A DNA stretch of 64,000 bases. It comes from Prochlorococcus sp. AG-363-K07 (lineage in GTDB: Bacteria; Cyanobacteriota; Cyanobacteriia; PCC-6307; Cyanobiaceae). The first letter of the stretch is position 1, and every line of letters begins with the position of its first letter. Both the position numbers and the translations under genes were made by a program. Positions 58,028 to 64,000 of this stretch are shown here, piece by piece. The DNA is taken from assembly GCA_003280225.1 (NCBI GenBank), contig QCFO01000008.1:8637-72636 (forward strand), read 5' to 3'. Under the pieces are notes generated by a model that was not told where the DNA came from, did no database searches, and saw only the letters and a program-made list of their open reading frames with translations.

Positions 58028-60082
58028 ATGATCAGCCCACGTCTTCACCCACGAACTATTGAGGCGGTTAAGGAGCGCGCTGACATTGTTGATGTAGTGG
58101 GAGAACACGTAGTTTTAAAGAAAAAAGGTCGTGAATTTGTAGGTATTTGCCCTTTTCATGACGATAGTAAGCCATCTATGACTGTTTCCCCAGCAAAGCA
58201 GTTTTATTACTGCTTTTCTTGTGGTGCAGGAGGCAATTCCATTAAATTCCTAATGGAATATCAGAGGCAAAGTTTTGCAGATGTAGTTCTTGAGCTTGCC
58301 AGAAAATATCAATTGCCTGTTGAGACCATTGATAGTTCGCAACAGGAACGTATTCGCAAACAGTTCTCTCGGAGAGACCAGTTACATCGTGCATTATCTC
58401 TTGCCGCAAATTGGTTTTCTAGTCAACTACTAGCTGCAGATGCAGTTCAAGCCCTCGACTATTTAACTAAAAGTCGAAGCCTTAGTGAAGCCACCCTAGA
58501 AGAATTTGGTTTGGGCTACGCCCCTGATAAATGGGATGCTTTATTGAATCACCTGAAGCAGGTTGAAGGATTATCTTCAGAATTACTCGAGGCGGCGGGT
58601 CTTGTTGTTGCTCGAAAAGGGGGAGGGGGATTTTATGATCGCTTTCGAAACAGAATCATAGTTCCAATTCGCGACCGACAAGGACGAGTTGTGGGTTTTG
58701 GAGGAAGGAGCTTAGATGGATCTGAACCAAAATATTTGAATTCTCCGGAAACAGAAGTCTTCGAAAAAGGTCAAATCTTATATGGGTTAGATAAAGCTGC
58801 AAGTCATATTCGAAAGAGTGATAGAGCTGTAGTAGTTGAAGGATATTTTGATGTTATTGCTTTGCATTCGGTAGGTATTTGTAACTCCGTTGCATCATTA
58901 GGAACAGCCTTAAGTAGTAAGCAAATTACTCAGTTATGTCGTTGTAGCGAAAGTAAGCGGATAGTTTTGAATTTTGATGCAGATCGTGCAGGAGTTAAAG
59001 CAGCTAATAGGGCTATTGGAGAAGTTGAAAGTCTAGCCTTGCAAGGACAACTAGATTTGCGAGTACTTCACCTACCTTCAGGTAAGGACCCTGATGAATA
59101 TCTTCTTGAACATAGCTCTGGAGAATATAGATCTCTGCTAGACCAGGCTCCCCTCTGGCTTGATTGGCAAATTGATCAGGCTCTACGTGATCTGGATTTA
59201 ACAAAGGCAGATCAGTTCCAGTTAGCAGTTAGCGGAGTTGTCCAACTTTTGGGCAAATTACCTCAGTCCGCTATACGTACTCATTATCTTCAAAAGGTAG
59301 CCGAGAGACTTAGCGGTGGTCAAGCTAGGTTGGCGTTACAGCTTGAAAATGATCTTCGCAAGCAAGTCAAAGGCCAACGTTGGCATGGACGCTCCTTACG
59401 TTCCGAACAATTATCTGAACGTAGTCAGCGTGAGCGAAGTGAGGCCGAAATTCTTCGCTTATATCTTCATTGTGCGGAGCATAGAGCTGTAATTCGTCGG
59501 GAGCTTCGTTCCAGGGAACTCGAAGATTTCGCTTTGCACCATCACCGTTTGATTTGGTCCCATATTGCGGATTTGGAAGAAACTAATCTTGGAAGTGGTC
59601 GTCTTGAATCAATCACTAGGGGTAGTGAATCAGGCGATGATTTGGCGAGGATTGACCTGTCTAGGTTACTTTCTGATCAGTTAACGGTTGATGATAGTGA
59701 CCTTCTGACTTTTTTGACTCCTCTTTTGGAATTAGATGAAGTGCAGAAAGCCGCATTCGAACAACCAATGCTTCATCTTCGTGGTACAGCAGCAGCCTTA
59801 GAACGCCAAAGGTCACTTAAGCGTTGTAGACACCTTTTAGAAGCTTGGAGTGGACAGCGACTTGAGACTTTAGAAAGATGTATAGCTACTCTTATTGAAG
59901 AAGAACGAAATAAGCCTGAGCAGGTATTTGATATGGAACATCGTATTGATGAGATGTTCCAAAATTTAAATAGTGATGCTTTGCACTTTCAAGATCTTTA
60001 TTACAGTGAACGAAAGCATATTTCCTATTTGGACCAGCAAAGGTGTTCAGGTTATGGAGATTCTCAACTTGTATCAGCATAG
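58028..60082 (+). CDS. dnaG: DNA primase
   Basis: It has the Zn-ribbon CPFHDDSKPSMTVSPAKQFYYCFSCGAGGN, the TOPRIM motif VVVEGYFDVIAL and NFDADRAG. Confidence 0.95.
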   Translation: MISPRLHPRTIEAVKERADIVDVVGEHVVLKKKGREFVGICPFHDDSKPSMTVSPAKQFYYCFSCGAGGNSIKFLMEYQRQSFADVVLELARKYQLPVETIDSSQQERIRKQFSRRDQLHRALSLAANWFSSQLLAADAVQALDYLTKSRSLSEATLEEFGLGYAPDKWDALLNHLKQVEGLSSELLEAAGLVVARKGGGGFYDRFRNRIIVPIRDRQGRVVGFGGRSLDGSEPKYLNSPETEVFEKGQILYGLDKAASHIRKSDRAVVVEGYFDVIALHSVGICNSVASLGTALSSKQITQLCRCSESKRIVLNFDADRAGVKAANRAIGEVESLALQGQLDLRVLHLPSGKDPDEYLLEHSSGEYRSLLDQAPLWLDWQIDQALRDLDLTKADQFQLAVSGVVQLLGKLPQSAIRTHYLQKVAERLSGGQARLALQLENDLRKQVKGQRWHGRSLRSEQLSERSQRERSEAEILRLYLHCAEHRAVIRRELRSRELEDFALHHHRLIWSHIADLEETNLGSGRLESITRGSESGDDLARIDLSRLLSDQLTVDDSDLLTFLTPLLELDEVQKAAFEQPMLHLRGTAAALERQRSLKRCRHLLEAWSGQRLETLERCIATLIEEERNKPEQVFDMEHRIDEMFQNLNSDALHFQDLYYSERKHISYLDQQRCSGYGDSQLVSA

Positions 60083-60144
60083 TAACTGTCTTGCCATGAT
60101 TTTTCTGACTTTTACTTGTTCTTTACCTACTTCACTATAATTAT

Positions 60145-60450
60145 ATGACTAATAGCCTTTTTGTAGATTTTTCAGAATGGGATCATGTGAATTCTCTTTG
60201 GCCAGGTTTTATCCATAGGTTAGGTTTAGAAAGGGCACAGCAAGCTGTTCGGCAAGCACTTGATTTGCAGCTCATGAATGGAAATTCTGATACTCTTCCT
60301 GTTTTGTTTTTTGAGACATGTGGACTTGCTTTGGTCAATGTTGATCTTATTTCTCAACAAACAGGTCTCTCATTTCATGATAATAATTTGATTTTAATTA
60401 TAAGTAAAAAAGAAAGACGTTTGCAGCTTCTAAAAGAATTTGTAAAATAG
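60145..60450 (+). CDS. Hypothetical protein (101 aa)
   Basis: ORF immediately downstream of dnaG. No family recognised. Confidence 0.45.
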   Translation: MTNSLFVDFSEWDHVNSLWPGFIHRLGLERAQQAVRQALDLQLMNGNSDTLPVLFFETCGLALVNVDLISQQTGLSFHDNNLILIISKKERRLQLLKEFVK

Positions 60451-60455
60451 ATAGC

Positions 60456-60929
60456 TTAGAAGCAATATTTTTTGAGGGCCTTTATTACTTCATTTGGCCG
60501 ATCTTCTAAATAATAAGCCTCTAATTCTTTCTCTTGATTTGTATTTGAAATCTTCGTTGAATTTCTGATAGCAGCTTTTTTATACCATTCATACATCTTC
60601 TTCCTTGCTTTATCTGCATTCATTGGATTTCCATTATTGCATGCCTGAGCTACGTGTGTCGCCTCATGTCTTACAGCCTTTCTAATTGAAATTGCTGTTC
60701 CATTATCGTCATCATTGCGACCTATTCTTGGATAAGAATACCCATTTATTTCTTTTATATTTTCTGTACAGATCACCAGTCTTTTTTGTCTTTTCTTGAT
60801 GAAACCTACGTATTTACTTCCTATAAAACATAAAGGAGTATTCTCTTCAGATAAGAACCCTGCTTTGTGAACTAGATCGAGTATTTCTTTTTCCTTAGAT
60901 GTGAGAAATAGCAAGAACTCCATGGCCAT
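60456..60929 (-). CDS. Hypothetical HExxH (putative zinc metallopeptidase-like) protein encoded directly after umuC
   Basis: It has AVRHEATHVAQ (HExxH) with a downstream acidic candidate ligand (EKELEAYYLED). It lies 25 nt downstream of the umuC stop on the same strand. Confidence 0.5.
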   Translation of the reverse strand: MAMEFLLFLTSKEKEILDLVHKAGFLSEENTPLCFIGSKYVGFIKKRQKRLVICTENIKEINGYSYPRIGRNDDDNGTAISIRKAVRHEATHVAQACNNGNPMNADKARKKMYEWYKKAAIRNSTKISNTNQEKELEAYYLEDRPNEVIKALKKYCF

Positions 60930-60954
60930 CCTTTGTGCATTTACCCCCTATTGT

Positions 60955-62229
60955 CTATGAATAGACAATAGGGATTTCTTCTAGTCTTGTTGTTGTTGCG
61001 CAGCTTAGCTGTTCACGACGCATTTCCCAACTTGCTTTTGATCTGCATATTGCCCAAGTTATAGTCCCTTTCCCAAAGCGAGTATTAAGTCTGTCAATCG
61101 TTTTCATTAGCCGTTGACTTCGCTGAAGATGCTCTATTGCCTCGTTGTTTAGCAGATTGGTTTGCAGGTATTTTGATGTTTGAAGACTATGCATTTTGAC
61201 TCCTGCTTTTATTAGTAGTCGATAAGGTCGGAATATCTTTTCTATTAATGGGCGAGCTGCTGTAAGTAAAACAGTAGTATCGTTGCTTGGAGTCTCTAGT
61301 TGTGTGGTTGCTTTTTGACTGTAAAAAGGTTGGCGAAAAGGACTTGTGTGAGTGAATACTGTGATAGCACCAGCTAGTTGGTTTTGGTTGCGTAATTTCT
61401 GACCAGCACAAATTAAATGTGTGCTTATGGCCTGCCTCAGTTCTTCTATCTTTGTGATGGGTCGGCTAAAACTTCTGCTGACACATGTTTCTTTTTTTGG
61501 TGAAGGTTTGACTTTAAGTTTCATGCAGGAATTTCCTTTTAGTTCTTCCTGTAGTCGTATTCCTACGACTCCACATTTGGCGTGTAGCTCTGAACTTGGC
61601 ATGTCACGAAGTTGAAGAGCTGTTGTGATACCTCTTTCTCGACACCATTTTGAAAGCTTTTTGCCTATTCCCCATATGTTTTCTATTTCAATGCTTTCTA
61701 GCCACCAGTCTTGATCTTTTGTTGTACGGAAGTCAAATATTCCAGCATGATTGGATATCGTTTTGGCTAGATGATTTGCAATTTTGGCTTGTACTTTGCT
61801 TGCACCGATGCCAATTGAAATAGGTATACCCAGGTTTTGATGAGCTTGCTCACGTAGTCGTCTTGCCCACGGATAAAAATCCTTCGTAGAGGATAGATTG
61901 ATTTGAGCAAAGGCTTCATCAATTGAATAAATCTCCACTTCATTACAATGTTCGTTTAATAACAGCATTAGCCGGTGGCTGATGTCGCCATAGAGAGAGT
62001 AATTTGAACTACGTACTATGATTCCTAATCTTTCAAGTTTATGGCGAATTTTAAAGTATGGCTGCCCCATTGAAATACCCAGATCTCGGGCTTCTGGGCT
62101 GCGAGCGATAATGCAACCATCGTTGTTGGATAGAACGACTACTGGATGATTGGCAAGTGATGGGTTAAAGCTTTGTTCGCAAGCGGCGTAAAAGTTATTG
62201 CCATCGATTAATGCAATACCTTGAATCAT
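60955..62229 (-). CDS. umuC: Y-family translesion DNA polymerase V catalytic subunit UmuC
   Basis: The sequence is IALIDGNNFYAACEQSFNPSL...VVVLSNNDGCIIARS...YSIDEAF. Confidence 0.9.
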   Translation of the reverse strand: MIQGIALIDGNNFYAACEQSFNPSLANHPVVVLSNNDGCIIARSPEARDLGISMGQPYFKIRHKLERLGIIVRSSNYSLYGDISHRLMLLLNEHCNEVEIYSIDEAFAQINLSSTKDFYPWARRLREQAHQNLGIPISIGIGASKVQAKIANHLAKTISNHAGIFDFRTTKDQDWWLESIEIENIWGIGKKLSKWCRERGITTALQLRDMPSSELHAKCGVVGIRLQEELKGNSCMKLKVKPSPKKETCVSRSFSRPITKIEELRQAISTHLICAGQKLRNQNQLAGAITVFTHTSPFRQPFYSQKATTQLETPSNDTTVLLTAARPLIEKIFRPYRLLIKAGVKMHSLQTSKYLQTNLLNNEAIEHLQRSQRLMKTIDRLNTRFGKGTITWAICRSKASWEMRREQLSCATTTRLEEIPIVYS

Positions 62230-62678
62230 TTTGAGTATGTATTTTTATTTAGGTTGTGGATTGAATAAATTGCTACACCCCAGATATGAACATCACTATA
62301 TTGGCTGAGATCAATTGGCGGATATTTCGGGTTTCCTGCTTCGAGGTAAATTCTTCCTTGTGTAAGTACAAGTCGTTTCAATGTAAATGCTCCATTGAGG
62401 ATTGCTATTACAATGTCTCCTGGGGCTGGAGTTAAGCTACGATCGACAATTATTAGGTCGTTATTTTGTATCCCTGAATTAGTCATAGAATCACCAGAGA
62501 CATTCAAAAAGAAGGTGCTTGCTGGGTTGTGAATTAGATGTTCGTTCAGGTCAATGCCAATATCCATATAATCATCAGCTGGCGAAGGAAATCCTGCTGG
62601 CACTGGCTTCCTTTTTATTGGAATATTTAGGATTAATCGCTTAGACCTTAGTGATATAGGCCTTGGAAGAAATCTCAT
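62226..62678 (-). CDS. umuD: UmuD / LexA-like S24 peptidase
   Basis: It has PAGFPSPADDY, the Ser nucleophile context SGDSM and the Lys context FTLKRL. It overlaps umuC by 4 nt. Confidence 0.85.
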   Translation of the reverse strand: MRFLPRPISLRSKRLILNIPIKRKPVPAGFPSPADDYMDIGIDLNEHLIHNPASTFFLNVSGDSMTNSGIQNNDLIIVDRSLTPAPGDIVIAILNGAFTLKRLVLTQGRIYLEAGNPKYPPIDLSQYSDVHIWGVAIYSIHNLNKNTYSK

Positions 62679-62681
62679 TTA

Positions 62682-62729
62682 AGCCAACTATTACTAGTAG
62701 TACTAATATACCACTAGTAATAGTTGGCT
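62682..62729. promoter_or_regulatory. Perfect 17-bp-arm palindrome with LexA-box-like loop, abutting the umuD start codon
   Basis: The sequence is AGCCAACTATTACTAGT (62682-62698), loop AGTACTAATATACC, then ACTAGTAATAGTTGGCT (62713-62729). The loop plus flanks reads TAGTACTAATATACCA, one mismatch from the cyanobacterial RGTACNNNDGTWCB consensus as I recall it. Confidence 0.5.
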
Positions 62730-62794
62730 TTTGAGGAGGCATGAATTCCATGAGGCCACTGCTCGTATGCTTGCTCTGATGAGAGTTCTTATTT

Positions 62795-63229
62795 TTAGCG
62801 GTGGTAAGGAGCATTTTGAGAAATACTGATAGCTCTATAGATTTGTTCGACAAGTAGTAACCGAGCAAGGTCATGAGGGAAGGTCATAGGAGAGAGACTT
62901 AATAGAAGGTCTGCTGATGTTTTGATTGTGGAGTCGAGTCCTTCAGTGCCGCCAATGATAAAGGCAAGATTCTTTAGGCCAAATTCCTTTAAGCGCTCGC
63001 TTAAGAGTATGGATGATATTGGTTTTCCTTCCTCAGAAAGAGCTACGAGCAGCTCGTTGCGTTTGAGTTTGGCTCGAATTGCTTCGGCCTCTTTTTTGGG
63101 ATTGGATTCACGTACTTCAGTGATAGTCAGGCCAGGAAGTCGTTTGAGGTACATTTCAATTCCCTCTTTGATCCAGTCTTTGCGCAATTTGCCGATGGCC
63201 AAGATGCGGTAATGGGATGAGATTAACAA
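62795..63229 (-). CDS. rlmH: 23S rRNA (pseudouridine1915-N3)-methyltransferase RlmH
   Basis: It has YRILAIGKLRKDWIKEGIEMYLKRL at the N-terminus and FIIGGTEGL...LSLSPMTFPHDLARLLLVEQIYRA at the C-terminus. The ORF is open to 63319 but would overlap the upstream gene. A TTG at 63229 gives a typical ~144-aa RlmH; the start is uncertain. Confidence 0.8.
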   Translation of the reverse strand: MLISSHYRILAIGKLRKDWIKEGIEMYLKRLPGLTITEVRESNPKKEAEAIRAKLKRNELLVALSEEGKPISSILLSERLKEFGLKNLAFIIGGTEGLDSTIKTSADLLLSLSPMTFPHDLARLLLVEQIYRAISISQNAPYHR

Positions 63230-63254
63230 GATAAGAAGGAAATGTTGAGAAGTT

Positions 63255-63638
63255 TTACTCTTCTTCAGAGAGGAATCTAGCAAATGTTGTGTATTGCAGC
63301 TCTTCTTCTTTCTGCTCAATTGATTTTCTTTTAGGAATTGATTTGTCTTGACTATTTTGATTTTTAGCTCTAGGGGTTGAATGTGCTTGGATCCTCATTA
63401 GTTGAGTCGCTTCTAGTTCTTTAAGCCTTGCAATTAAATGAGCTGGTATATGTCCATCAGGACTTGCCTTGATTAATTCTTTAAATAAAGTATTAGGGTC
63501 TTCTTCTGTTTGTATTGGATGTCTAGGGGAGTTTATTTTTTGATTTTCTTTTTGCAATGATACGGGCTTGGTTATTTCTTTGGGTAATTGACGACCTAGT
63601 TCTTTAAGTCGTAAAAGACTTTGAGGATCTAACGTCAT
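63255..63638 (-). CDS. Hypothetical charged protein (127 aa)
   Basis: Clean ORF that overlaps the upstream ORF by 4 nt. No family recognised. Confidence 0.5.
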   Translation of the reverse strand: MTLDPQSLLRLKELGRQLPKEITKPVSLQKENQKINSPRHPIQTEEDPNTLFKELIKASPDGHIPAHLIARLKELEATQLMRIQAHSTPRAKNQNSQDKSIPKRKSIEQKEEELQYTTFARFLSEEE

Positions 63639-63904
63639 CGGATTAAAAAATTATATCTTTTTGTTGAGCGAGGACTAATCCCTTTTTTAGGTCCGTACTC
63701 GACTTCTTCACGTAAGGCTTGTCTGAGTTGTTCAAATGGTAGATCGCCAAAGCTGTCATCGTCAGAAAGGGCCGCTGGTAAATCTAAGTCGTTGAGACTT
63801 TTACTTGAGGAAGTGTTGTTAGTAGCTGTTAAGCCTGGTTGCAATGGTAAGAAAAAGATAATGCTAGCAACGGTTAAGGCTATTAGGTGTGCATGCATCT
63901 TCAT
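63635..63904 (-). CDS. Hypothetical secreted protein (89 aa)
   Basis: The signal peptide is MKMHAHLIALTVASIIFFLPLQPGLTA. Confidence 0.5.
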   Translation of the reverse strand: MKMHAHLIALTVASIIFFLPLQPGLTATNNTSSSKSLNDLDLPAALSDDDSFGDLPFEQLRQALREEVEYGPKKGISPRSTKRYNFLIR

Positions 63905-64000
63905 TGAATTAATTGGGAACCTTAGATCGCGTTGGACAGGTTAATAATAAATAAACATATTCATTTAGAAATTCAGGAGAGGGAGTTTCTTTAGGCGAAG

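Noticed and set aside
62641-62874. 77-aa ORF spanning the rlmH-umuD junction.
   Set aside because: It overlaps the ends of both well-supported genes, and its middle is the 48-nt palindrome.

Overview
AT-rich chromosomal segment that reads as a marine picocyanobacterium, most likely a low-GC Prochlorococcus. Supporting markers are psbY, a PAM68-like protein, a lumenal pentapeptide protein, glucosylglycerate genes, Yfr2-like sRNAs and small cyanobacteria-restricted DUF families. The assignment comes from gene content only; no search was run.

The right part (about 26.9-64 kb) is densely packed conserved core. It holds a fused 5-oxoprolinase/hydantoinase, gpgS / gpgP-glycerate kinase, a pentapeptide protein, psbY, nitroreductase, a DnaQ-like exonuclease, tRNA-Pro(GGG), msrA and an ABC exporter. 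It continues with trpD, carA, a STAS protein, mini-RNase III, rlmB, gatA, dnaE, rpsO, ruvA, dnaG, umuDC and rlmH.

The left part (0-26.9 kb) looks like a hypervariable island. Coding density is low, there are many sub-100-aa ORFs, and pstS, a cupin lipoprotein, rubredoxin, a LOG-family protein, an SRAP peptidase, DUF938 and a stand-alone LigA-like domain are scattered through it.

Most notable observations:
1. At the left edge, a HlyD adaptor and a C39-peptidase ABC exporter lie tail-to-tail with a G+C-rich gene. That gene has a double-glycine leader (..LSLDELSGVAGG) followed by a ~150-aa Pro/Gly/Asp/Met low-complexity, Cys-free core containing a 63-bp tandem duplication.
2. Two ~270-bp near-identical inverted repeats (14820-15088 and 16215-16484) bracket a 1.1-kb segment. 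The segment carries two overlapping micro-ORFs and a Yfr2-like sRNA.
3. A second Yfr2-like paralog lies at 26.4 kb.
4. A truncated LigA nucleotidyltransferase-domain paralog has substituted catalytic motifs.
5. An HExxH protein is appended to umuDC, and a perfect 17-bp-arm palindrome with a LexA-box-like loop abuts the umuD start.

No CRISPR array, rRNA, transposase or integrase was seen.
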